Positions 1 through 18,368 are shown, numbered from the stretch's first letter. The stretch is DNA of 64,000 nt from Amoebidium appalachense (GCA_963693365.1 CAVNZM010000006.1:10853355-10917354), one strand, 5' to 3'. Translations and numbers: made by a program. The notes: generated from the sequence alone by a model not told the origin.

Positions 1-486
1 GTTTTTAAAAAGAGGTAAAAGGATAGCTTTTAGGGAGGGGCGATAGGAGGGGGAGGAGGGAGGGGGAATAGTAGGTCACAGGGAAGGGTAAAAGGATAGA
101 TGAATGTGTAAATGTTCATTATTCGGGGATCTTTTTTCTCGCAGAGTGGATGCTCGAAAATTATGTATTTACAGGAACTCGAGACATGGCAACCCCTTCA
201 GATCGACCGTAAAAATCTGTAGTCCTTGAAGCGTATTACGTCATCTGAGACGAGGGACTGCCAAATATTTAAACTATAGTCCAATCGGATTCGGTTGCTA
301 TTAAAAATGGTTAGTACTCACTGTCGTTCAGCGGTAAAGAAGGCGTGAAAGGAGGGGGGCAGAGGGTGTGAAGAATACGCGCTAGGGAGTTTTGGAAGGA
401 TAGTTTGGAAGGCGGGATGAGAAAGCTATGCCGTAGATGAGGTTAAAAGGATGGATTGAGGGGTGTGAGATGACTTCTTGCTGCAG

Positions 487-725
487 CTTGGGCTGGAGCT
501 GGACACACTGGAGGAGCTGGAGGAGGATGCAGGCCTGGGCAATGGGGGCCTTGGCAGGCTGGCAGGTAGGCACATGTGTCCAGACACATATATACATGCA
601 CGAATGTGTGATGTGTGCTTTCACACACAGAGAGGCACACAAATAGGGATAGAGCTGGAATTATGGGGCAGAACGAGTGATAGGGAGAGAACTGCACGGA
701 ACCCCCCCCCCCCCCCCCCCCCCCC

Positions 726-768
<43 letters not shown>

Positions 769-1635
769 ACACACACACATACCCACACGCCTACCTGGAT
801 GGTCATGTAGAACCCAGACATACGGCCTCCTTCCCACCAGCTCCTTTTTTTGACCCGGGGGGGGGGGGGGGGGGGGGGGGGGGGCGATTGGGAGTGTGTG
901 TGTGTGTGGGGGGGGGGGGGAGGGGGGGAAGGGGGGAAGGGGGGGGAGGGGTGGCAGAAAAGGAAACACGGTGAAGGGCTGCCGTGCTCACCCATATCTT
1001 ATCATGCTGCTGACTTTTACCAACCACCCATGTTTCCCCATTGATCTGATTGCGCATCTCTGCACGTATCAAAACAACAGATTTTAACCCTATTCTCACT
1101 CGTCTCTCTATAGTCCTTCGTTTGGTTATTTGTTTCGTGCCAGTTATTATATTTATCCCCCCCCCCCCCCCCTTCTCCCCCCTCGCGCCCCTGTCCTACC
1201 AACAAAAAAGGAAATTACGAGTTGAGAAAGAACGAAAAGGCCAGCAACAGCCAAGCAGGGGACACATGCACACACCATCCCTCAGATTTAAATCATATCT
1301 CATTGGCGACATTCGTTTTTTGCCGGGTTCGGTGTCAACACCCCTTGCACTTCCTGCAAACTCAGTCATCCCCCCCCCCCCCCTCCCCCCCCCCCTCCCC
1401 CTACGCACACATACACACATCCACCACCCACCCACCACCACTTGATGTAAGCCTGCGCACACACGGACATACGTGTGCACACACACCACACATACTGCAC
1501 CCACCCACTCTTCCAAAAACGCACTTAAACGCACAAATCTTCATCCTCACCGTCACACACACACGCACACGCATCACATGCATCACATTTCACACCCACA
1601 CCCACACCCACACCCACCGACCCCTTCCCCCCCCC

Positions 1636-1666
<31 letters not shown>

Positions 1667-1720
1667 CCACACCCACCCACCCACACACCCCACCCACCCA
1701 CACACCCACCCACCCACACA

Positions 1721-1758
<38 letters not shown>

Positions 1759-2234
1759 ACACACCCACCCACCCACCCACCCACCCACCTACATACCCAC
1801 GCAGCGTGCTTCATCGACAGCATGGCCACGGTAGGTCTGCCGGCACACGGCTATGGCATCCGCTACGACTACGGCATCTTCACGCAGACCTTTGTGGACG
1901 GCTGGCAGCACGAGCTGCCCGATGATTGGTTGCGCCTGGGCAACCCGTGGGAGCTGGCCCGGCCCGAATACTGCATCCCCGTGCAGTTCTACGGCCGCAC
2001 CGTCTCCAGCGTACTGATCCCTCCCTGTTTTCTTAGACCAATCTGGCTCGGTGCTCCCGCAGCACGTATGAGCGCACCCATATACATGAGAAGGAGTGGG
2101 GAAGACGAAGGGGCTGGGTTGCTTTTCGTTCTTTTCTTTCTTTCTTTTTCTTCCTTCAGGGCGGTGGATGTGATGGTGGAGGGGGGGGGGGGGGGGGGGG
2201 GGGGAGAGACGAAGGGAGCTACAAGAACAATAAG

Positions 2235-2270
<36 letters not shown>

Positions 2271-3668
2271 CCCCTCTCTGGAGAGTCCATACCTCGGCTG
2301 CAGTCGCCCTCCCACACTCGCACGGGTCACTCGCGGAAGACATAGGGTCGGAGGGAGGAGTGGAGAGGGGGATGGGTTGGAGATGAGTGAGCTTTATTAC
2401 GAGTCTGGAGTGTGTCTAGCCCACAATATATGGCAGGATGGATCCTGACGGTGTGGTATAGGACGGGCTCAAGTGGCACTGGGTGGACACGACCACGGTC
2501 AATGCCACGGCTTTCGACATGCCCATTCCCGGCTACAAGAACGACATCGTCAACACCCTGCGCCTGTGGTCTGCTAAGAGCCCAACCAGCTTCGACCTGA
2601 GCTACTGTACGTGCTTGTGCTGGCCCATGCATGCAGTGTGTGTGTGTGCGCGTGCGTGTGTGTTGGGTGGGTGTAGGGGGCAGCAGGGGTTGCATGATGA
2701 GCCGCCACGTCTTGTACTCCAATATATGAGGAGGATTGATGAAAGGGAGGAAGGGTGAAGCTCACCGTAAACTCTCTGTTTTCCTTGTAGGTAGAGAGAC
2801 AGATGGAATAATTTTTTTATTTTTTTTTTTTGTTGTGGGGGGAAAGAGGCATCTCTCTGCCTTGTGCCTCGATTCTTTTCTCTCCTAATAGCTTAGTAAA
2901 AACACACCCAAAGCAAAAAAACTCGTCCCATCCTCCCCCCCCCCCCCCCCCCCCCCGGCTCCCCGCGGGCTGTCCTGAGCTCCTTCGGCACACACACTGA
3001 CCCCCCCCCCCCCCCCCCTTCAGTCAACCACGGGGACTACATCCGGGCGGTGCTTGAGCGCAACAGTGCCGAGAACATCTCCCGTGTGCTCTACCCCAAC
3101 GACAACGTACGTGACCCCCTCTGATGTTTGTAGCGCCTCTGATTGCCGAGTCTACAGGCAACGGCTGTTAAATCAACCACCTCATCTCCCATTTTAGCGT
3201 CTGGGGCCACTCCAGGCCGTGAGCCACATCGGTTGCGTCATTCTGGGCCTCTTTATCACGCAGGATTTGGTGCGAAAACAGGGTGCCCAGAAACAGGGAA
3301 GCGGATATCATCACGGTTCACGCCAGAACAATATTATAATATACTAGGTAGCTTGATATGTTCTTGCGGATTATTGTGGGCTCGAGGGAGCTGCAAGCAC
3401 AAGTGCGGCTGTCACGCAGCGCTAGCTAGCCATGTCGACTTGGGCAATTTGACACAACTTGATGATTGGTGAGCCCACCTGAGAAATCATTTTCACGGCT
3501 GCTCTCCGCCCATACGAAGCCAGACGCTAAAATGGGAGATGCAGTGGTTGGTTTAATGTGCATTGATTGGCTATCTGGTCTCGTCTCATCTGTCCTATGT
3601 GATGATTACACTTGGTCATGACCTGTTGTTCAGAGCACCTTCCGCCGTATACCCCCCCCCCCCCCCCC

Positions 3669-3713
<45 letters not shown>

Positions 3714-3808
3714 TGCCCCCGGCACACACACAGGCACACTCCAAACTCACACTTTGCAAGCGCATCAACCCACATCCACATGCACACACATCAGCATGCA
3801 TGCCGCCC

Positions 3809-3848
<40 letters not shown>

Positions 3849-5405
3849 ACCACACACACATGCACACACACACACACACACATCCCCCCCCCTTTCCCCC
3901 CCTCCCCCAGCATGAATTCGCTTGCTGTACGCCAATTCTGATTGGTGTGACCCGATTGAATTAATAGAAATTTAAAAGTAGCCAAATTTGTCTATTTTTT
4001 TACGTCATCGACTTCCTGATTGGTTTAGGCAGAATGACGTAATTTCGTTCCGATCGCTAATTTCGGGTCGGGCTAAAAAGTGCGTTGAGCCTCTGGAATT
4101 TTGAGAATTTATAGAGAGGCTCATCCAACTGAATCCGTCTAAGTCGTCGCGAATCGACCTTCGTGCTATTAGTGTAGCACCCTTGTACACTCGGCTTTAA
4201 AGGGTGAACAAAGTTTCTGCCAATTACTCATTATCAAAATAAAAACCTGCGATTTGCAAAACTTTCTACCGGAAGGAAAAAGTTTCCTACTAAGTGGAAA
4301 CAATCCGACCCGAAACTCCAGCTCCCAACTTCACGGCAACACCAATCAGATCAATACCTTGATTTCTAAAATAGACATAATTGGTTAAAAATGACGTAAC
4401 GTTCGATGATTGGCTCCGTATAGCTGAGTAAGCGAATTCATGCTCCCCCCCCCCCCCCCCCCCCCACACACACACACATACATCCCCCCCCCTCCCCCCC
4501 CCCCCCCCCCACACACACACATTTACATCCACCCCCACATTCTCACACCCCTCCCCTTTCAGTTTTTCAGCGGCAAGGAGCTGCGTCTCAAGCAGGAGTA
4601 CTTCCTTGTTGCGGCCAGTCTGCGGGACATCATCCGACGCTACAAGCACAGCGAGTTTGGCAAGAAGACGGAGACGCGCAGCAGCTACGACCTGTTCACT
4701 GAGAAGGTCGCCATCCAGCTCAACGACACACACCCGTCCCTCGCCATTCCTGAGCTGGTATGGTACCTCTCGGCCTTCCCCCCCCCCAGTGGGGATTGGG
4801 CTTAAATTGTGTTGCAGACCTTACGTCCCTTGTTGCATATCCAATTTACGTGACCCGCTATTTGCCCCCCCCCCCCCCCCCCCCCACCCACCCACCCACC
4901 CACCCCCTCTCCCCCTCCCATCCCTTCTCATTCCCTCTCATCCCCCCTCTTTCCGACATTGGCTTCTGCCTTTTTGCATGCTGTGGTTCGGTTTATGCAT
5001 ATGCTTCTGTCTGCTGCACCGTTTGCACCACAGGCAGCTTTCGACCGTACACGCTTGAGCTACCCAATGGTGGCATTGCAAGCTGAGTGGTCTGGTCGTG
5101 CCTGGTAATGGCCTGGCCAATCATATTATGGGGCATGCAGATGCGGATTCTTGTAGACGAGGAGGGCATGGGCTGGGATGCGGCCTGGGACATCACCATC
5201 AAGACCTGTGCTTACACAAACCACACCGTCCTGCCCGAGGCCCTTGAGCGCTGGCCGGTATGGCCCCATACCATCCACACAGACACACACACAGGGGAAG
5301 AAAGGAAAATGCAGGCACTCACCACTCTCTCATAGGCATGCACGCTCCACACACATACACACACACACGCACACACACACACACACACACACACGCGCGC
5401 GCGCG

Positions 5406-5437
<32 letters not shown>

Positions 5438-5453
5438 AGCACACGCACGCACG

Positions 5454-5485
<32 letters not shown>

Positions 5486-5841
5486 CACACACATACACAG
5501 CCAGGGGATTATGTACAAGAAGAACTGCACTCCCGACAATCGGCTAGAAAGTCTCTGATACGTGTGCGGTGTGTTTGAACCCAACTGCACGACCATGCCA
5601 CTGTGTCTCTTGTGTGTAGGTGCTGCCAGTACCTGGTGTCTGTATGGTGGAATGTGGTCCGTAGGACGCATGTGTTGAGTTGTGTAGAGGTGATATAGAG
5701 GATGTGTTGCAGTAGTGTCATCGAATGGTTGGTTAGGTGATTGGGAGTGGCCATGCAGTGGCTGGGCGCGGTGGTTGCTTTCTTCCTCCAATGTGCTACT
5801 CTTGCCTTGCTGTTCCACGACTGCAATAGCATACCCACACA

Positions 5842-5937
<96 letters not shown>

Positions 5938-5984
5938 CACACACACACACGCATACACACACACGAACACACGAACACGTTCAT

Positions 5985-6054
<70 letters not shown>

Positions 6055-6086
6055 GCGCGCGCGCGCGCGCGCGCACATACGAACAC

Positions 6087-6161
<75 letters not shown>

Positions 6162-7269
6162 TACACACACACACACACACACACACACCAGGTCTACCTG
6201 ATGGAGAAGTTGCTGCCACGGCACCTGCAGATCATCTACGAAATCAACTCCAGACACCTGGCTGAAGTGGCCAAGCGCTGGCCTGGTGACTTTGACCGTA
6301 TGAGGTGCTCCCCCCCCCCCCCCCCCCCCCCTGACCCGCCCTCCCCCTGCTCCAGGCCCAAGTCTTAATCGCTTGCAAGTACATTTTGTTTACTTATACA
6401 CCCATTCAGCTGCAATGACCACATGTACTCTGTTGTTCTGTATTACGCTTTGAGATGATATGGCAATCTTACAGTTTCCATGCTTGGGTGCGAGTAGGGG
6501 GTTATCGGTAAACAAAGCCTTCGACTGATTCAATTGGTTTCAATAAATTTCATGAGAATCCGAAACCCGGACATGTAACCAGATAGTGAGTGACACCATG
6601 AGCATACGTGGTGAACAACTATGTTGCATTAATGCACTATGTACTCCATATTCATTTACATACCCAACCAGATTGTGAGTGTCACCATGAGCATACGTGG
6701 TGAACAACTATGTTGCATTCATGCACTATGTACTCCATATTCATATACATACTCAAGACGAACCCAAGACAACGCATACCCTTTGCACATGTCATGCCCC
6801 CCCCCCCCCCCCCCCCCCCCATTCTACCGTCACCCTTCAGTGACCCAATCTCTCTCTCAGGCGCATGTCACTGGTGGAGGAGGACCACGTCAAGCGCATC
6901 CACATGGGCTACCTCAGCATTGTGGGCAGCCATGCTGTCAACGGCGTGGCCGCACTGCACAGTGAGCTCATCAAGAAGACTATGTGCGTCCTTGGAATAT
7001 GAAACTCACAGTTTTTTTTTCCCCTTTTTTTTCTTTCTTTCTTTTTCTTTACTTTTTTTTTTTTTTGGGGGGGGGGGGGGGGGGAGGGGGGGGAAGGGGG
7101 GGGTGGGGTGGGTGGATGGTGTTGGGGGGGGGGGGGGGGGGGGGGGGGGGGCTGGCTTTGCGTGCAGGCGGTAGCGGAGTTTTTTTTTTTTTTAGTAGCC
7201 TGTCAGGCTGGGGGGCGGATAGCCCGTGTGTGTTTGTGTGTGTGTGTGTGTGCGCGCGCGCGCACACGC

Positions 7270-7300
<31 letters not shown>

Positions 7301-7339
7301 TGTGGTGGTGGGGGCGGCGGCGGCGGTGGTAGTGCGTAG

Positions 7340-7378
<39 letters not shown>

Positions 7379-8139
7379 GGGGAGGGGGGGAGGGGGGGGG
7401 GGGGAGTCATGGTCGTTAATTTGTGTTCTAACGGGGGTGCGGGCACACAGCTTCAAGGACTTCTATGAGATGTACCCTGAACGCTTCCAGAACAAGACAA
7501 ACGGAATCACCCCGGTGAGTCCATCCCTGTGTGGCACACGGCTTGCAGGGGGTCGACGGGTGGGCAGGGGGGGGGGGGGGGGGGGGGGCGGTGGTGTGGA
7601 GGGAGGGGGGGTAAAGGGAGGAGTGCTGAGGAGGAACTGCAAGTTGCTCCTGCTACTGTTGCACCACTTCTCTTTCCAAGATTACCTGCCTGAACATGGT
7701 CGCTTCTTGACAAGAACAGAAAGATTGAAGAAATTTGGTATGGACGGGCAGGGTGGCATGATGCTAACACCCATTCCCTCTAGCGGCGGTGGATCGTCAA
7801 GTGCAACCCAGCACTCAGCAACCTGATAGCCGAGACACTCAAAGGGGACCACTGGGTCAACCACCTGACAGACCTCAAGGCCCTCGAGAAGATGGCTGAC
7901 GACTCGGACTTCCTTAGGGCACTGCAGGTGTGTGTGTGTGGGGGGGGGGGGAGGGGGGGAGGGGAGGGGAAGGGTATAGATTTGTATTCGCAAGGAAGGG
8001 AGCACCTGAAGAGTTGTGTGTGTTGCTACCTAAATGCATGTGCTGTTATGTGTCTGTAGGCCGCGGCGGGGGTTTGGGGGGGGGGGGGGGAGGGGGGGGG
8101 GGGGGGGGGGGGGGGCTGCAGTGTGTGTGTGTGTGCGTG

Positions 8140-8183
<44 letters not shown>

Positions 8184-8980
8184 TGTGTGTGTGTGTGTGC
8201 ACTCACACGTGCGATGTAGACGGCCAAGCGCGAGAACAAGATGCAGCTAGCGGCGCTGATCGAGAAGGTGTACGGGGTGAGCGTCAACGTGGACTCGATC
8301 TTCGATGCGCAGGTCAAGCGCATCCACGAATACAAGCGCCAGCTGCTGAATGTCCTGCACATCATCACCATGTACAACGGTGTGTGTGTGTGTGTGTGTG
8401 TGCGTGTGTGTGTGTGTTTGGGGGAAGGGCGTGGTGAGGGGGGAGAGGGGCATTGTTTGATGGGGCTTGTATTTGGTTACGTGAGCAAGGTTGGGGGAGG
8501 ATGTTATGTAGTTCTAGTATTTGCTGTGTACACACTAACAGAGGGTGAATCAGAGATATGCTTCTATGCCATGGGCCACGTACTTTGTGCACGATATGGG
8601 AGGGTCAGAAATATGCCATCATTCAATGGCCTAGATACAGTGTGCACCAACAGTACATGCTTAGAGATATGCAAATATGACATGTGCCTGGGTACTGTGT
8701 GCACACACTGACACGTGGTACAGAGATCCGCAAGGACCCCAATGGGGCCTGGGTGCCCCGGACCATGATCTTTGGGGGCAAGGCTGCCCCGGGCTACCAC
8801 ATGGCCAAGCTGATCATCAAGCTGATAAACTCCGTGGCTGAGAAGGTGCCTGCCTCCCTGCCTGCTTATGGTTTCGTTTGTTAATTTCCGTGGCGTGGTA
8901 TGTGTTTTGGTGCGAGTGGTTGTGCGTGTGTGAGTATTTGTGTTATTTGGTGAGTGTAGGTTGGTTGGTTGGGTGGTAGT

Positions 8981-9043
<63 letters not shown>

Positions 9044-9573
9044 TGCCTGTGTCTGCCTGTGTGTGTGTGTGTCTGCCTGTGTGTGTGTGTGTGTCTGTCT
9101 GTGCTCCATTTTTGGGGGGGTGTGGACAAAAAGAGAACAATGTGTAGATTCTAGATGTAAACTCTACTAGTATTCAGCAGTAATCTTTCTGGAAAGAGAG
9201 CAGATAATGACCCTATGACAGGTCAACAACGACCCCGTAGTGAGCAAGTTCCTCAAGGTCGTGTTTGTGGCCAACTACCGGGTCAGCCTGGCCGAGAAGA
9301 TCTTCCCAGCCACAGACCTGTCCGAGCAGATCTCAACCGCCGGCACTGAGGCCTCGGGAACGGGCAACATGAAGTTCATGGTGCGTGCCATGCTGGTGTG
9401 GGCGGAGGGGTGGCTTGCTTACTTCTCTGGCTGTGACTTGGACTCTCTCTCTCTATTGGTCTTATATGCTCATGCAGTGGTCTGCTGGGGAGTCTCCTGC
9501 AACATGTGCCTGTAGTGTTCAACCACCCAGTTCATGTCCCCCCCCCCCCCCCCCCCTCCCTCCCCCCCCCCCC

Positions 9574-9604
<31 letters not shown>

Positions 9605-9667
9605 CCGCGCGCCTTCACACACACCCACACACACAAACATGCATGCATGCATACATCATGCATGCAT

Positions 9668-9711
<44 letters not shown>

Positions 9712-9759
9712 CTCCATGGCCTAGCCCACAGACACACACACATTCAGAGAAGAAAGTAG

Positions 9760-9794
<35 letters not shown>

Positions 9795-10255
9795 CCAACC
9801 CACCCACCCACCCACTCACCCACCCCCTCGCTTACCCTCTCACACTGCCATCCCCCTCCCCCCCCCCCCCCCCCCTCCCCACACCACCACCACCACAAGC
9901 ACACAGACACAGACACAGACACACACGGAATTACGTCCCCCCCCCCCCCCCCCCCCCCCCTTTGCCGACCCTCTCACTAACACCCCCACCCACACACACA
10001 CACACACAGCTCAACGGTGCGCTGACGATCGGCACGCTTGACGGGGCCAACGTTGAGATGCTTGAGGAGGCCGGCAAGGACAACATGTTCATCTTCGGGC
10101 TGACGGTCGAGCAGGTGGACGAGCTGGACCGCAGGGGCTACGACCCACTGGAGTACTACGCTAACAACCCTGCACTCAGGGAGGTCATCGACCAGGTGTG
10201 TGTCGTTCTTGGTTATTAGTGCTGGTTCTTTACTGTCATAGTTGTGTGTGTGTGT

Positions 10256-10295
<40 letters not shown>

Positions 10296-10454
10296 GGGTT
10301 GCAGTGAGATTCGTTCACGGCTATCGTTCACTTTGCGTACGAGCGCATCCCATGTGTGGAATCTAATGTCTCTCTTCTGCCCCCCTCCCCCCCTCCCCCT
10401 CCACCCCCCTTCCGTTCTCTGCCCCCTCGCTTTCTACTGCAAGCACATACACAT

Positions 10455-10527
<73 letters not shown>

Positions 10528-10686
10528 AGATCCGAGACGGGCACTTCTCGCCCAAGGACCCCGGGTGCTTTAAGGACATTGTGGACACCCTCCTTGTGTA
10601 CGGGGACAAGTACAAGCTGCTGGCAGACTACCAGCTCTATGTCGACCGCCAGAGAGACGTCAGCCGCACATACAGGGACCAGAAGA

Positions 10687-10748
<62 letters not shown>

Positions 10749-11142
10749 TCGCGCTCTCCTGCCTGTGGGCCTGATGCTGCTCTTGTCTTTTTTCTCTTTT
10801 TTTTTTTCTTCTTTTTCTTTTTTGGGGGGACGGAAGGGGGGGGGTTTGGGGGGGGAGGGGGCAGGGTTATGTTTTTATGGGGTTGTGTCCCTGGACAGGC
10901 CAATCATAGACCTAATCGGGAATACGGCCCCTTGATTGCATTACACGTGCATCCTTGTGTTCAACAACCTGCCCAGCAGTGAGCCAGAGTATTGTGAATG
11001 CCCATCACAACCTTACACGCCTACCCCCCAGTGGCTCAAGATGGTGGTGCACAACATTGCAAACTCGGGCAAGTTCAGCTCAGACCGCACCATCCGCGAG
11101 TATGCAAAGGACATCTGGGGTGCAAAGTGCCTGTGTGATTGA
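487..11142 (+). CDS. PYG: Glycogen phosphorylase (GT35), 5'-partial; 16 exons in window
   Basis: Phase-compatible GT-AG exons: 487-565, 1805-2010, 2462-2606, 3024-3106, 4563-4757, 5141-5257, 6192-6304, 6861-6983, 7451-7514, 7784-7927, 8220-8379, 8724-8845, 9222-9380, 10010-10195, 10530-10688, 11032-11142. Motifs: [69 protein letters not shown]-lysine motif [23 protein letters not shown]-terminal exons lie upstream of the window. Confidence 0.97.
3172..3552. mobile_element. MITE with ~35-bp imperfect TIRs flanked by TTAA (piggyBac/Kolobok-type target), intronic
   Basis: Left ttaa|atcaaccacctcatctccccattttagcgtctgg; right ccagacgctaaaatgggagatgcagtggttggt|ttaa. TTAA at 3168-3171 and 3553-3556. 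No coding capacity. Confidence 0.8.
3909..4444. mobile_element. MITE/foldback element with 15-bp perfect TIR, inserted in a C-run
   Basis: agcatgaattcgctt (3909-3923) and aagcgaattcatgct (4430-4444). Internal mirrored motifs: ttcgggtcgg/ccgacccgaa, ctgattggt/accaatcag, gtctatttt/aaaatagac, tacgtcat/atgacgta. AT-richer than the host intron. Confidence 0.8.
6577..6752. repeat. Tandem duplication, 89-bp unit x2 (intronic)
   Basis: aaccagat(a/t)gtgagtg(a/t)caccatgagcatacgtggtgaacaactatgttgcatt... starts at 6577 and at 6666. Confidence 0.9.
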
Positions 11143-11646
11143 CCCAATTCGGCCCGTATACGACCCTATGTTGTTGAAGCCGTACCATTTGGTGCTTTTC
11201 ATTATGCCTTCTAATATTAGGCAGTCTCGAAGTATAACATGCAGTTAGGTTTTGGTTAGTGCTAGCCAGTTGTGGTGTCCGGCACATATAGCGCTGTGTA
11301 TCTATGCAGCCTAATGATTGGCTGGTCCGTTTTGATATCCGATTCAGATCTAGGCGGTTGTTTGTATGTACATATTTTGTTTTTTCGGTGAAGTATTGGG
11401 CTGTGTGGCCTTATATGGCGTAAAAGTGACGCAAAGGATCATTTTGCCAACCTTTCCATGTGGCTATTTTTCGTTAATGGGTGTTTCTTCAAGGGACATG
11501 GCAAAATAAACAAAAAAGGTAGTGAAACCATGTCTAAACTGGCAATGCGGGTCCGAGGTAGCTATTGTCACAGCTGAGGGGTTGGTTGCCTCCCGTCACG
11601 TCGATTTAGGGTTGTGTAAGTCAATGTGTGTGTATGTGGACAGGGG

Positions 11647-11679
<33 letters not shown>

Positions 11680-12187
11680 TGGAGAGGGGCGAGATCTACT
11701 GAGAGAGAGGAACAGAGCGAGTGAGAGAGAGAGAGATAGAGGAAGATTCACAAAGAGAGAGGTATGGAACGAAAGAGAGAGCACGGGGTAGCTGGTGAAT
11801 GAGAGAGAGGGGGAGAAGGAAACTCTTCGGAAGGGTGTGTGATAGACTCAGGAATTAGTTACGGACCATGTATATGTGATCCAGCCCTGCGCGACGTTTG
11901 AATAGCTATCTGTACAGTTACGTGTATAGAATAATTAGGGCTGCATATGGCCGGCCATATGCCCCCCCCCCCTCGGAGTCCCCCCGGGACACACACACAC
12001 ACACGCCACCCCTCCACGACGCGGTCTGAGATCTCCTCCTTTTGAATAGTTTTCTTCGTTGTTTAGGCGTTTTTGTTTTAGCCACCTCGAAGGCTTAGGA
12101 TTTGGGTGACTGGGATGGGTGGGTTTGAGGGTTTTGATGGTGGTAGTGTGTGTGTGTGTGGCCCAGTGACTTTTTTTTTTTTTTTTT

Positions 12188-12218
<31 letters not shown>

Positions 12219-12243
12219 GGGGGAGGGTTGTGTGTTTGTGTGT

Positions 12244-12294
<51 letters not shown>

Positions 12295-12521
12295 AGGCCC
12301 GGCCCCGGATCCCTCGTTTTCATCTGAACTTGACACTATCGAGGGCAACAACAACTTCCGGGTCCCACCTGAGCTAATATCGAGGTGGTGTGACATCCGA
12401 AACTTTCGAACTGCGCTGTCCGCAGTCTCAGCAGCAACGGTCTCGCGGGGGTGGGGCTAGGCACTAGCACGCACAGTTGCAAATCTATTTTACACTGTAA
12501 TATACACGGTGTGTCGGCAGC

Positions 12522-16580
<4,059 letters not shown>

Positions 16581-17440
16581 GCGTGTGGCACTGCACAAAG
16601 GCTCCTAGCAATTCCTTTTGATCGTTGTGGACCTTTGGTTGCTCTGCTTCTTCTTTTTTCACTCTCGTATTGACTCTACGATCTCCTTGTCTTTCCCTCC
16701 CATATTTAATCCTTTTTCTCCTTTTCCTCGCTCTCTTGTGTTTGTGTATTGTCGTGGTGTTAGTGAGTGCTTGTGTGGTGTGTCTGGGCGTGTGGGGAAA
16801 GGGGGAGGGGAGGAGGACTCCTGGAGCGGTTTGTAGAGAAGTGTACATATATATTGACGAAGAATCGACATGTTGCCGACGACTCTGAACTACCGGTTAA
16901 TCAATACATCATGTATGATATACCGTGGGTCAGATCATGACGGTCTGAACGCGCAATCAAACACATGTGCACAGTGTAACACGACTTTCTCTGCTCTTCC
17001 CTTTTTTGAGGGGCAGGCCGGCTGCGGTACACAAGCTTTTATTGTTTAGAGATGTGGTGGCCAGCGCCTCTAACGGTTCATAACCTTCGACTCAGACTGA
17101 GTTCGGTGAGTTCTGAGCCACATAGGCTCATTGGGCCAAGTAAGAAGGTATGCGATCATTGAAAGACACAAAACATAAACGTCGTTCGGTCGTCATGCAA
17201 GCCTTTCCAGTTTAGGCCCTTTAGGGGTGGGAGAAAGTGGTAACCATCCAATGGGACGAAGGCATGGCTCCAGGCCACACCCGCGTCCCATTGGGTGCAG
17301 GAGAGGGGGTGCAAACCAACAAGAAGAGTAGTGCAAATTTTGCAAAATAGAATGGAGGGAAGGTACTGGTGGAAAACAACAGCCAATCAGAAGAAGAGCC
17401 ACCACCCATGTGCACACCCTAGAATAACCATATATAGTTA

Positions 17441-18368
17441 TCTTGGTTACTGATGTCTGCTCCTAATAATACTGTACACCCACACAACCGTCTTAGTATT
17501 TTTCGCACTTATATTTGCCCTTCGTCTGAATACGGGTTGCCCTTACTAGCTATGGCACCCCCTGATACCGGATAATGTCATCCAATCACTAGAGGATTTC
17601 CACTACACAACGTGTTGTACGCTTCTTAAGCTTACTGGTCTTTCTACACTTATCCCTAGACGCCTTTTCGATTCTCTATATGCACTCACACCACCATCAC
17701 AACGCGTACACGAATTAGCCCTTAAATTTCACCAGCACATCACCCGCCTGTCCGCATGTGCCCCAGACCACCCACTGTTCCGGCTACACGCATCCCCGCT
17801 AGACTCGCCCCTCAGTACGTCTTCTCGTGTGCACCGGCGTACCTCGTCTCTGCCTGCTATGCGGAATGGCTGGCAACCCAACCGGAGGTACAGCTAGATC
17901 ATAGTGTGAATATGAATAGTTTTAAGTCTATGGCTGATAGATATCTTTTTACTCTACGAGTTGAGTTCCTTCCTGTGTTAGGACCGCAAAAACACCGGTC
18001 AACGTTAACTGCTAGTAGCATATATGGCGGATACGGTTAGAGAGTCTCGTTCCTACATAGATTCGTTAAACGTTTATTCGTAATTAATGTGGTATCGTGT
18101 AAAAGCGCAAAGATGATCATGTCTTGGCGGTGTAATCAGTTTCTGGTGTCTCCTGCTCTTATGTGTAATATGTGTGGGGGGCGATTTACTCGCGGATGCA
18201 TATATATCTATCAATAAGTGTGATCATGACCTGTACATTTTAGCTAACGTAATAGAACCGGAGGTTATGGGCGGTTTTATTCTCTTTGCCGCCTCCCTTC
18301 CTCATTATATTCGTTTTAAAATGACTATTATAGATCACCTTATAATGCTGCACAATAGGATATTGTGA
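17441..18368 (+). pseudogene. Degenerate non-LTR retrotransposon fragment (RT thumb to C-terminal Cys motif), frameshifted
   Basis: Manual translation across frameshifts: RLSIFRTYICPSSEYGLPLL (resembles the LINE LYKxxxRPxLEY motif), IQSLEDFH...RVHELALKFHQHITRL...DHPLFRL, EW...NSFKSMADRYLF, and IMSWRCNQF...CNMCGGRFTRG. The region lacks microsatellites. Confidence 0.65.

Noticed and set aside
11128-11142. C-terminal CLCD of phosphorylase as a prenylation signal
   Set aside because: A terminal Asp fits neither CaaX nor CXC; no further support.
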